DNA from: Candidatus Kuenenia stuttgartensis | Lineage (GTDB): Bacteria > Planctomycetota > Brocadiia > Brocadiales > Brocadiaceae | NCBI RefSeq assembly: GCF_900232105.1 | Contig: NZ_LT934425.1 | Location: 2,580,001 to 2,612,000 of the forward strand | DNA length: 32,000 nt | Direction: 5' to 3' | Shown here: in pieces, positions 18,652 through 27,448 of the stretch | How the letters are laid out: each line of letters opens with the position of its first letter | How positions within the stretch are numbered: the stretch's first letter is position 1 | The notes under the pieces: generated by a model | The model's input: the letters and a program-made list of their open reading frames with translations, nothing else | What the model was told of the DNA's origin: nothing | Database searches by the model: none | Made by a program: the position numbers and the translations under genes

Positions 18652-18879
18652 TGCTATGGACACGGAAGACAAAAAAGAACGAACGCGAACCGTCAGACCG
18701 GACAAGGGAGGGGGCTGCCTTTGAAAATAAATATAGAATCTGTTGTGCCGATTGTTTAAATCTTCTTTGTGTTTTCGTTTACCCCGATTATCTGCAGAGC
18801 AGCTTTTGTTGCCGCGCTTAAACTTGCACCAAATTACGCAGTGCCAAATAACTTAATGTCTGTGTCATCTTGTTTTTTC

Positions 18880-18978
18880 GTAACACTTTAGTTTTTTGAA
18901 AAAGTAGGGGCGAAGCATTTGCCCGTTTGGGTATGAACGCATTTATGACAATCTATATCAAATGCTTCGCCACCTACG
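18880..18978. repeat. MITE-like repeat copy (right terminal repeat missing)
   Basis: gtaacactttagttttttgaaaaagtaggggcgaagcatttgcccgtttgggtatgaacgcatttatgacaatctatatcaaatgcttcgccacc. Confidence 0.8.
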
Positions 18979-19217
18979 CTTCAATTGTGAATTAATGAAG
19001 CAATTGAATGGCAACAAACGAAACACATTTGGAAACTCCATGTAATTGCACCTTGGGAAAAATTGTGCGGCAGAAGGAATTAGTGAAGGAATAGGGGTAG
19101 GGGAACTATTACCAAAAAAGCCATTAACAAAAGAAATTAATGGCTTTCCATGGACACATTGGGGATGTTATTTTTGACAGGTTAAAATCATTAGATATTT
19201 AATTACAATAACTTAAT

Positions 19218-19570
19218 TGGTGGAGGCGGCGGGAATTGAACCCGCGTCCCTAGATGTTTCAATATAGGCTTCTACGTATATAGTCTGTTTTTTAATTTCG
19301 CCGTTAAAACCCTAACAGACAAGGTTTTTAAAAGCTAGCACAACTACTAGTTCATTTAAGACCCCGCGGTGCAAAAGGTCTAAACTAACCTGCTATTCTT
19401 CGTTTCATCAATTTCGCAGGTAAAACGGATGAAACGTGGCTGTCAATTAAGCAGCCATTGCCATTGGTTCTTCGGCATTTAATTGTTTTGCCAGGTTTTT
19501 AATGAGGCCGCCTGACAACCTCAATACGCAACCTATATATCGTACAATCCGGTCGAATCCTTTCGCCCCC
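19218..19570 (-). ncRNA. ssrA: Transfer-messenger RNA (tmRNA)
   Basis: Minus strand begins GGGGGCGAAAGGATTCGACCGG and ends GGGACGCGGGTTCAATTCCCGCCGCCTCCACCA; acceptor ends pair; internal tag ORF ends ...KNLAKQLNAEEPMAMAA-stop. Confidence 0.96.
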
Positions 19571-20017
19571 TTATTTTATCTTTATTAAAAATTAATATGT
19601 AATACTTTATAAAATGATTATAGCATAAATGAGGGGAAATGCAATTCTCCAAATTACGTTTACCAAATAATTCTTTGGTTTTTGTGACCAATTTCACAAC
19701 GGTATCACCAATAATCGTTTTTTTTTAAACGGTGAATAAATCCTATGCTTTATAAAAGCCCCTTCCAAAAAAATTTTATTAACAGCGTATCCACATTAAA
19801 AATAATCCGCATTCTTTTCAAAGAAACATGCCTTACCGAAAACATATCGCTAATTATAAGTATTTAAATTACATACAAATACATCATCTATTCGGAGAAA
19901 GATATCGAGTAAAAAAACAATATCGTTTCCTGCTTTATTTTATTTCTCTCATGGCGAAAACGTGTAACTATCGTATTTGGGCATGAAAATAGCTCGTATG
20001 CTATGCAACTTTAGAAA

Positions 20018-20410
20018 TTGTATATGGGATTATTAGGTGGTTTTGGGGAAAGTAAAAATATGATAAATAATGTGAACTCATCGACGTCAGAACTGTTAAA
20101 ACAAATACAAAGATTGTCTTCTCAAACAAAAACAAAACCAGCGCCAAAACCAGAAACGCATGCACTTTACAAAGGCAATGAAGTAAATACCCGCGCAGAA
20201 AACATAAAAAAAATACTTAATACCATAAAAACAAATAACTTAGAAAAAACACAAAAGGGAAATACGGTGGCGGGGCAAAAAATTGATGGAATGAAAAAGG
20301 TGAACAATGACGGGAAAAACCTTCAGATAGCAGAGAATTACAAACCCATTCCCTTAGAAAAGATATCCTTTAGCAGGCAAGTTGGTTCGTTTCTTGATAC
20401 ATATGTTTAA
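20018..20410 (+). CDS. Hypothetical protein, low-complexity Lys/Asn/Thr rich
   Basis: 130-aa ORF; no recognised motif; probable start is one of the early ATGs. Confidence 0.5.
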   Translation: MYMGLLGGFGESKNMINNVNSSTSELLKQIQRLSSQTKTKPAPKPETHALYKGNEVNTRAENIKKILNTIKTNNLEKTQKGNTVAGQKIDGMKKVNNDGKNLQIAENYKPIPLEKISFSRQVGSFLDTYV

Positions 20411-20569
20411 ACTGTTTCGTCAATGAAAACAGACTGCCGTTTCGTATAACAATCCACTATTACTCAATACCACCATAGCAACAAATACTTCCCTTGATTT
20501 CCAGCTTGTTTTCCTTCTGCGTTTCTGTGTGCTTATCGTTGCAACATAAAATTCCCCAAAAAAAGCAGC

Positions 20570-20615
20570 AAGCTGGTTTTTGTAGAAAAGGAGGAAAACA
20601 AAAACCAGCTTGCCA
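20570..20615. repeat. Perfect 16-bp inverted repeat (hairpin) in intergenic DNA
   Basis: GCAAGCTGGTTTTTGT (20570-20585), 14-nt spacer, ACAAAAACCAGCTTGC (20600-20615). Confidence 0.85.
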
Positions 20616-20809
20616 TTGAGAAAAGGAGAGTAATGTTGCTTTGTAAAACAACTATATTTCATAAAAAGTTCCAATGTGACTAATGTAAAATTTGTTTTTA
20701 TGTTTCTTTAAATTTAAGTATAATTATTGACAATACATTGTAGTGTTCCCGCATCAGTTGTGTTTCTGTTTAGTTGTAAGGGAATGTTTCTTTTGCAACT
20801 CCTTAGCGA

Positions 20810-21049
20810 TTGTATATGACAACAATTTCAAAACATGCCAATTTAATAAAAAAAGTCCTATTTATAACCGGGATATGCATTTCTTATAGCAGTATCATCT
20901 TCCTTACGTATTGTGCCATTATTAAAGTACATAATATTAACGACCCTGAACATGCAAAAAAAATTGTTATTAGTACTTTTTTTGCCAATATAATTCTCTT
21001 TGGGGGGAGTATTTATTTGATTTTAAAGCTGAAAGGTCTATCAAAATAA
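20810..21049 (+). CDS. Small two-TM membrane protein immediately upstream of htrA
   Basis: 79 aa; two hydrophobic segments (VLFITGICISYSSIIFLTYCAII and IVISTFFANIILFGGSIYLILKL); 2-nt gap to the next CDS. Confidence 0.65.
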   Translation: MYMTTISKHANLIKKVLFITGICISYSSIIFLTYCAIIKVHNINDPEHAKKIVISTFFANIILFGGSIYLILKLKGLSK

Positions 21050-21051
21050 AA

Positions 21052-22542
21052 ATGAAAATTACCAAAAAACTCTTTCTTGTTTTGCCGCTAACACTCTTCC
21101 TTTTCTCAAGCAATAGATTTGTCTTCTCAAATCAGGATATTAATGCAGAGACGTTGAGGCAGGAACTTGTCGAACTCGAAAAACACGCAAAACCAATCAT
21201 AGAAATATTTCGAAAGGTTCCTGCGCTGGTGAATCCTTCCGTTGTAAGCCTTATTACGGAAAAAAAGGTATATGGGGGAGATAATCATCCCGCCCAACCG
21301 GCAAATCCTGACCAGGTCCCGCATGCCGGTGCAATTCCCAAAAAAGGACTTGGTTCCGGCATTATAGTGGATGAACGCGGTTACATTTTGACTAACAATC
21401 ACGTTATCAGCGATTATTCGCCGGAAGAAATTACGGTGGTCACGTATAACGAGGAGCAATATCATGATATTACCATCATTGGCATTGACCCAAATACCGA
21501 TCTGGCGGTCATAAAAATCGATGGTGAAGGATTTATGCCGGCAAGGTTTGGCAACCCTGAAGAGGTACAGGTAGGGGATTGGGTTATTGCTATCGGCAAT
21601 CCTTTCGGATTTCAGCAAACAGTTTCCATGGGTATTATCAGCGCCAAAGGAAGAACACATGTAATCCCGCTTGCGCTTCCCTTTCTCTATGAAGATTTTT
21701 TCCAGACAGATGCGGCCATTAACCCTGGTAACAGTGGAGGACCATTGGTTAATCTAAGAGGGGAAGTTATTGGTGTGAATACCGCAATTGCCACCCGTTC
21801 CGGCGGATTTCAAGGCGTGGGTTTTGCGTTGTCTGCAAGCATCGCGCAAGAGACAGTCGAAACCATAATAAATACCGGTACAATCGTGAGGGGTTACCTG
21901 GGTATTGGAACACAGGATATTACCGATGAATTTGCGTTGAAGCTTGGTTTTGAAAATAAGTATGATATGGTAAAACACTTTGGCTTAGTCAAAGACAAGG
22001 GTGTATTTGTCATGGAAGTATGGAGCGAAACCCCTGCATTTAAGGCGGGAATCCTTCCCGGAGACGTTATATGTGAAATGAATGATGATGTTATAAAAAA
22101 TTCACTGGATTTGCAACGCGTTATAAGACATGCGAAGATAGATGCCCGTATCATGATTAAAGTTTTAAGAAATGGGGAGGAAAACATCCTTACAGCCATA
22201 GTTGAACAGCAACCCGAAGACCTTTCCGGAAGAACATATGCCGCTTTTAGAAAACAAGATGAACCCTCGAAGTTTTCAATAGGGCTGATTGTCAATGATG
22301 TAACGTATGAAATCGCGAGATCGCTTGGACTGGAAAAAGAAGAAGGTGTGTTGGTGCTTGAAGTGGACGATAATAGCCCTGCCGGGCATGCAGGCATAGA
22401 ACCAGGCGATTTGATTACCAAAGTCGGAACGAAAAATGTCAATTCTGTCATTGAATTCATGGGAATTATTGAAGAGTACCTAAGCTCTAACAAAACAATC
22501 ACGGTGTATATTAAAAACAAAGGATTTGTTACCCTGAAGTAG
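21052..22542 (+). CDS. HtrA/DegP-family (Do-like) periplasmic serine protease with two PDZ domains
   Basis: GYILTNNHVI (His), NTDLAVIKID (Asp), DAAINPGNSGGPLVNLRGEVIGVNTAI (Ser); two PDZ-like repeats. Confidence 0.95.
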   Translation: MKITKKLFLVLPLTLFLFSSNRFVFSNQDINAETLRQELVELEKHAKPIIEIFRKVPALVNPSVVSLITEKKVYGGDNHPAQPANPDQVPHAGAIPKKGLGSGIIVDERGYILTNNHVISDYSPEEITVVTYNEEQYHDITIIGIDPNTDLAVIKIDGEGFMPARFGNPEEVQVGDWVIAIGNPFGFQQTVSMGIISAKGRTHVIPLALPFLYEDFFQTDAAINPGNSGGPLVNLRGEVIGVNTAIATRSGGFQGVGFALSASIAQETVETIINTGTIVRGYLGIGTQDITDEFALKLGFENKYDMVKHFGLVKDKGVFVMEVWSETPAFKAGILPGDVICEMNDDVIKNSLDLQRVIRHAKIDARIMIKVLRNGEENILTAIVEQQPEDLSGRTYAAFRKQDEPSKFSIGLIVNDVTYEIARSLGLEKEEGVLVLEVDDNSPAGHAGIEPGDLITKVGTKNVNSVIEFMGIIEEYLSSNKTITVYIKNKGFVTLK

Positions 22543-22807
22543 CTATTTTATTTTGCCACACCAAGGCTTGTATCCGTAGCTTTTGTTATACAATCCTCCA
22601 CAACAATACACCTGAGCTGCCATAACCAGAACCAGAACCAAACAAGCACGAAAACAGTCCTCAGTCCTCAATCTGCAATTTGCCGACTGCCGACAGTAGA
22701 TTGCCGATTACAGAAGTGACAATTAAATATTTAGCCAAAAAATGCAAAGAAATTACTGATAAGTACTAAAATGCCCTGTGATACTGCAATCATCTTAAGG
22801 AAATCAA

Positions 22808-23557
22808 ATGCGAACCCAAACCCAAATGTATAAACTCTATCAGATATTTTTCACACTGTTTTCATGGCTAACATTTGTTTTTGCCTGGATGCTTGCCACA
22901 TTTCTATCAATACTTCTCAGTATGGACACAAAGAATAAAGAAAAGGTATTTAACACGATGGAAAGGGTTTTCAGCCGTATTTCTTTTAAGATCATTGGTA
23001 TGAAGGTTGCTTTGGAAGGATTGGAAAATATTCCCAAAAACGAACCTGTCATCTTTATTGCAAACCATCAAAGCATGATGGATATTAAACTTTCTCTTGC
23101 GTACATTCCGGTAAATTTTAGTTTTATCTCGAAAGAGGCTATATTTCACGTGCCGGTATTGGGCGCATATATGACTGTTTCAGGACATATACCTATTAAA
23201 AGGGAAGAGGACAGAAAGGCATACACTAGTCTCATAAAAGCAATTAATGAGTTAACCGCAAAACAGAAATCACTGGTGATATTCCCGGAAGGCACAAGAA
23301 GCGAAGACGGCACACTGGGGACATTCAAAAGAGGGATATCGCTTATTGTCTTAAAATCAAAAAGAAGGGTCGTCCCTATGGCAATAAGTGGAAGTAACCG
23401 ATTTATGCCAAAGCACGGATTTTTATCGTATCCCGAAAACAGGAACGTGAAAATATCATTTGGCAAACCGCTCTCCTTTGATAATTCAAGGACTGATCGG
23501 GAATACACCATTTATGTTACCAATACGCTGAGAAATGCAGTGATGGAACTTTTGTGA
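22808..23557 (+). CDS. plsC: 1-acyl-sn-glycerol-3-phosphate acyltransferase
   Basis: NHQSMMDIK (HX4D), GHIPIKREEDRKA, VIFPEGTRSEDGTLGTFKRG, VVPMAISGS. Confidence 0.93.
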   Translation: MRTQTQMYKLYQIFFTLFSWLTFVFAWMLATFLSILLSMDTKNKEKVFNTMERVFSRISFKIIGMKVALEGLENIPKNEPVIFIANHQSMMDIKLSLAYIPVNFSFISKEAIFHVPVLGAYMTVSGHIPIKREEDRKAYTSLIKAINELTAKQKSLVIFPEGTRSEDGTLGTFKRGISLIVLKSKRRVVPMAISGSNRFMPKHGFLSYPENRNVKISFGKPLSFDNSRTDREYTIYVTNTLRNAVMELL

Positions 23558-23746
23558 AATACTCAAGCAACTAAGAGACACGGAGAGGTGTAAATGCCAT
23601 TAAAAAGATTCCGCTTTTCCTCCTTTGAAATCATGGAGATGTCTTTCTATCACTGTTTTTTAATATTGACTTTGAAAGTATTTATCTATAGATTAAAATA
23701 ACTAATACTGCAAAATGCCGAAAAGAATTTATCCTGTAACTACTGT

Positions 23747-25057
23747 TTGTTAAGGAATTTGCAATTGAAGAAAACATTGATTTTCATGTGCCTCGTAGTG
23801 TTCTGTGCTGGCTGTTCCTTTAGTCACACAGGGGAGACGGTGAGCCAAAGTAAAGCAAGAAAATACCAACTGGCAATGGATTATAACAATCTTGGGACGA
23901 AATATTTCGACAAGGACATGATTCATGAAGCCATCATCCAATTTAAAAGGGCTATTGCTTTGAATCCTGACCTTGCAGAGTCGCACAACAACCTTGGCGT
24001 GTCCTATTGCAATATACAAGAATACGATAGCGCAATAGAAGAATTCAAACTTGCCATTAAGCTGAATCCTGATTACTCAAAGGCGCACGATAATCTGGGC
24101 TTTGCGTACACAAAGAAGGGTTTGTTTGAAGAGGCAATTGCCGAACATCAGAGGGCATTAAAAATAAATCCGCAGGATATGGAGGCAAAAAAGAATTTAG
24201 AGATTGCCAAAAGGGAGGCAAGCCTTGAAGTAACGAAAAAAAAATTCCAAATCGAAACTAAAGGCATTTCTCCCGGATACATTATCGGTTATAATCAGTA
24301 TGCGAGTGGTTTATTTGACGACGCCCTCTCTTCGTTTAAAAATATCCTTGTAGGGTATCCTAATGATTTGATGTCCTGTTACTATCTCGGTTGTACCTAT
24401 ACCATGAAGGGAATGGTAAATGATGCCATAAATTTATACAAAAACCTCCTGGCAAAAGACCCATCCAATATTATCGCCCGATTAAATCTCGCGGATATTT
24501 ACATGGAAAACGGACTTTATGACGAGGCGATTTTAGAATATGAGAATATCATACGAATCACTCCGAACAACATCCATGCACTGTGCAAACTTGGAGAGGC
24601 ATACGCAGAAAAAGGACAGCCGGAAAAAGCAATCCTTATATACAACAAGGCTATTGCCTCAAATCCTGCTTTCTCCAAGGCTTACAAAGAACTAGGCAGT
24701 GTTTATATGCAAACAGGCCTTTATGATGATGCAATATCGGCATGGAGCAAATTTATCGCACTGAGTCCTGGTTCATCTAAAATACATTTCAATCTTGGCT
24801 TGGCATATGCCAACAAAGATATGTTTTCAGAAGCGATAGCAGCGTTTAAAAAAGCGTTGAGTATTGATCCGGAAAATATACAAACCCTTTATCATTTAGC
24901 AGATGCCTATGATAAAAGCGGTTTGATTGATGACGCTTTCCATGAATACAATATTGCCGCCAAATTGATCTCGAAAGCGAAAAATAAGAAGAATAATGCA
25001 TCTGCAGATAAACAAAATAATTCTGAAGAAATAGTTGTTACATTTGGAGAAAAATGA
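23747..25057 (+). CDS. TPR-repeat lipoprotein
   Basis: Lipobox VVFCAGC near the N-terminus and repeated TPR units (e.g. PDLAESHNNLGVSYCNIQEYDSAIEEFKLAIKLNPDYSKAHDNLGFAY). Confidence 0.9.
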   Translation: MLRNLQLKKTLIFMCLVVFCAGCSFSHTGETVSQSKARKYQLAMDYNNLGTKYFDKDMIHEAIIQFKRAIALNPDLAESHNNLGVSYCNIQEYDSAIEEFKLAIKLNPDYSKAHDNLGFAYTKKGLFEEAIAEHQRALKINPQDMEAKKNLEIAKREASLEVTKKKFQIETKGISPGYIIGYNQYASGLFDDALSSFKNILVGYPNDLMSCYYLGCTYTMKGMVNDAINLYKNLLAKDPSNIIARLNLADIYMENGLYDEAILEYENIIRITPNNIHALCKLGEAYAEKGQPEKAILIYNKAIASNPAFSKAYKELGSVYMQTGLYDDAISAWSKFIALSPGSSKIHFNLGLAYANKDMFSEAIAAFKKALSIDPENIQTLYHLADAYDKSGLIDDAFHEYNIAAKLISKAKNKKNNASADKQNNSEEIVVTFGEK

Positions 25058-25060
25058 ACT

Positions 25061-25309
25061 TTGAGAGGAAAAATGACCATAAAGCCAAAATTAAAAATAC
25101 TCATTATAACTGTTATGGCGCTGATTATTACACTAATTTCGCTTTATTCATTCGTAAGCGTTTCGCGCTCAATAGATCAAATTCGTGGCGCCGATTTATT
25201 CTGGAACTGTTTTGCAATATGGATAAAGGGTATCATACTAACACAAGGGGTGCTTGTTGTTGGAGGACTTTTTTTATTCATGCTGAGAAAACCAAAAGGT
25301 ACCGGATAA
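25061..25309 (+). CDS. Small membrane protein, hypothetical
   Basis: 82 aa with two TM segments; tightly spaced after the TPR gene. Confidence 0.6.
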   Translation: MRGKMTIKPKLKILIITVMALIITLISLYSFVSVSRSIDQIRGADLFWNCFAIWIKGIILTQGVLVVGGLFLFMLRKPKGTG

Positions 25310-25316
25310 ACCAGAA

Positions 25317-25733
25317 ATGTTGCGATTTATTATTATCTTTGCCATAATCTATCTGGTGTACCTTTCGCTAAAAAAGAGTCTACAGGGGGGGAAACAAAGG
25401 GAGGGGAGTACAAGAAGCCGTACTGAACAAAAAAAAGATGTTTTCAATACAAATCGTGTTAAAGAAATTTCTTATTTGTTTTATTCTGCAACAAAGGACG
25501 ATTCAACATGTGATATTTGCAAAGAACTTGATGGGAAACATTTTTTACCCAACCACGAAATACATCATTCAATAAAACCCCCGCATCACCGTTGCAAAAA
25601 CCCGAACGGCTGCCGTTGCTCGCTTGTCTACGTTACGGAAGATGAAGCACAGAGTGAAAAAATAGAATTGATCCTTAAGAAATATGGCGGTACATGCAAT
25701 AAAAGCACCATAGAAAAAGAACTGAGAGGGTAA
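25317..25733 (+). CDS. Membrane-anchored protein with Cys/His-rich domain resembling phage head-morphogenesis (Mu gpF/SPP1 gp7 type) C-terminal motif
   Basis: N-terminal TM segment; STCDICKELDGKHF...HHSIKPPHHRCKNPNGCRCSLVYV. Confidence 0.65.
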   Translation: MLRFIIIFAIIYLVYLSLKKSLQGGKQREGSTRSRTEQKKDVFNTNRVKEISYLFYSATKDDSTCDICKELDGKHFLPNHEIHHSIKPPHHRCKNPNGCRCSLVYVTEDEAQSEKIELILKKYGGTCNKSTIEKELRG

Positions 25734-25737
25734 AAAA

Positions 25738-26070
25738 TTGTCTGCTAACATAACGGAAACAATAATTGTATTTGTAACGGCAGGCTCAATAAATGAGGCC
25801 AGAGAAATAGGTAAAACATTAGTGGATGAAAGGTTAGTTGCCTGCTGCAATATAACGAATCCTATTGAATCCATATTTCAATGGCAAGGAAAGGTTACTA
25901 TTGAGAATGAGGCGCTCATGATCTGTAAAACAAAGGAAGAACTCTTTGAAAGAGTTGCAGACCGTATCCGCCAATTGCATAGTTACGAGGTACCTGAAAT
26001 TATCGCCGTACCTATAGTTCGCGGCTCAAATGATTATCTGAACTGGATCAGAAAAGAAACCATTCAATAA
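25738..26070 (+). CDS. cutA: CutA-like divalent cation tolerance protein
   Basis: VFVTAGSINEAREIGKTLVDERLVACCNITNPIESIFQWQGKVTIENEALMICKT...HSYEVPEIIAVPIVRGSNDYLNWI. Confidence 0.95.
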   Translation: MSANITETIIVFVTAGSINEAREIGKTLVDERLVACCNITNPIESIFQWQGKVTIENEALMICKTKEELFERVADRIRQLHSYEVPEIIAVPIVRGSNDYLNWIRKETIQ

Positions 26071-26099
26071 GACCGCAATAGGCGTTACTTTGAAAATTT

Positions 26100-26236
26100 G
26101 TAACACTTTAGTTTTTTGAAAAATTCCAATAATCACAGTGTAGGGGCGAAGCATTTGCCGTAAATTGTCATAAATGCATTCATACCCAAACAGGCAAATA
26201 CTTCGCCCCTATTTTTTCAAAAAACTAAATTGTTAC
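26100..26236. repeat. Full-length MITE-like palindromic element (~137 bp)
   Basis: Ends GTAACACTTTAGTTTTTTGAAAAA / TTTTTTCAAAAAACTAAATTGTTAC; inner arms TAGGGGCGAAGCATTTGCC / GGCAAATACTTCGCCCCTA; conserved centre gtaaattgtcataaatgcattcatacccaaaca. Confidence 0.88.
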
Positions 26237-26278
26237 GAAAGTTAAGATTATTTTTTTACTGTTTTAAGGAGCATTACG

Positions 26279-27301
26279 TTGGCTAAGGCTTTGGCATTAT
26301 TATCCGGTGGTTTAGATAGCACTTTGGCGATACGCGTTATTCAGGAGCAAGGTATTGAGGTTATAGCGCTGAACTTTGTCACAGTTTTTTGCCGATGTAC
26401 TTCACATGGCAGTTGCAAATTGGAGGCGGTAAAAGTTTCAGAAAAATTTGGAATACCGATTAAGGTAATTAATACCACAGATCGATTTTTGGAAATAGTG
26501 AAAAAACCAAAACATGGATATGGTAAACACATGAATCCGTGTATTGATTGCAGGATTAATATTTTCCATGCGGCAGGAGACTACATGCGCGAAATTGGCG
26601 CAGATTTTATTATCACCGGGGAGGTATTGGGGCAAAGGCCTATGTCACAGCGAAAGGAAGCTATGAGGATTATTGATAAAGAGGCAAATCTTACCGGACT
26701 GGTATTGAGACCATTGTGCGCAAAGCATATGGAACCGACTATCCCCGAAAAACTCGGGCTTGTGGACAGAGAAAAGTTGCTTCAAATCAGAGGACGTTCC
26801 AGGAAAGAGCAGATACAACTGGCAGATGTTTTTGAGATCAAAGACTATCCTTGTTCTGCCGGCGGATGTTTGCTTACTGACCCGGAATTCGCGCACCGCA
26901 TGAGAGATTTGATAGAGACATCCGATGCTGATGTAAATGATGTGAATCTTCTGAAGGTAGGAAGGCATTTTAAAATAGATAATACAACAAAAGCCATTGT
27001 AGGAAGGAACGAAGCGGAAAATGAAAGAATAGCCGCCCTTTTTAAATCCGGTGATTATCTATTAAATTTGATTGATGTGCCAGGTCCGATCACGTTGCTT
27101 CGCGGTGAAATTACGGAAGAAAAAATTCACACTTCTGCGCGTATCACAGCGAGATACGGAAAATCACAATTTCTTCCACAGACAAAAGTGGCTGTGAGAA
27201 AATCGAACAATGGAACACCTGCGAAAATAATGGAAATTGTTCCTATGACGCGTGAAGAAGCTGACGTTCTCATGATAAACAAAAAAAATGATTTTAACTG
27301 A
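26279..27301 (+). CDS. PP-loop ATPase related to tRNA thiolation enzymes (MnmA/ThiI-like) with C-terminal extension
   Basis: ALLSGGLDSTLAIRVI PP-loop, CRCTSHGSC, HMNPCIDCRINIFHAAGDYMREIGADFIITGEVLGQRPMSQRKEAMRII, PCSAGGCLLTDPEFAHRMRDL. Confidence 0.8.
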   Translation: MAKALALLSGGLDSTLAIRVIQEQGIEVIALNFVTVFCRCTSHGSCKLEAVKVSEKFGIPIKVINTTDRFLEIVKKPKHGYGKHMNPCIDCRINIFHAAGDYMREIGADFIITGEVLGQRPMSQRKEAMRIIDKEANLTGLVLRPLCAKHMEPTIPEKLGLVDREKLLQIRGRSRKEQIQLADVFEIKDYPCSAGGCLLTDPEFAHRMRDLIETSDADVNDVNLLKVGRHFKIDNTTKAIVGRNEAENERIAALFKSGDYLLNLIDVPGPITLLRGEITEEKIHTSARITARYGKSQFLPQTKVAVRKSNNGTPAKIMEIVPMTREEADVLMINKKNDFN

Positions 27302-27448
27302 GTAATAAAAGGCCAACCGTAGCGTCTACAGCCTACAGAAATTGAGGATTGAGGACTGACTTATTACCCCCCTGATAAACAAACAGGGACTAATTGCTAA
27401 TATTCGATTTGCAATTTTTACAAAATAAAAACAAAACGCTTTCCAACC

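Noticed and set aside
20420-20674. 84-aa minus-strand ORF
   Set aside because: Spans the 16-bp perfect hairpin and repeat modules; more likely structured non-coding DNA.
21127-22520. Long minus-strand ORFs opposite htrA
   Set aside because: Antisense to a strongly supported HtrA coding sequence with all catalytic motifs.
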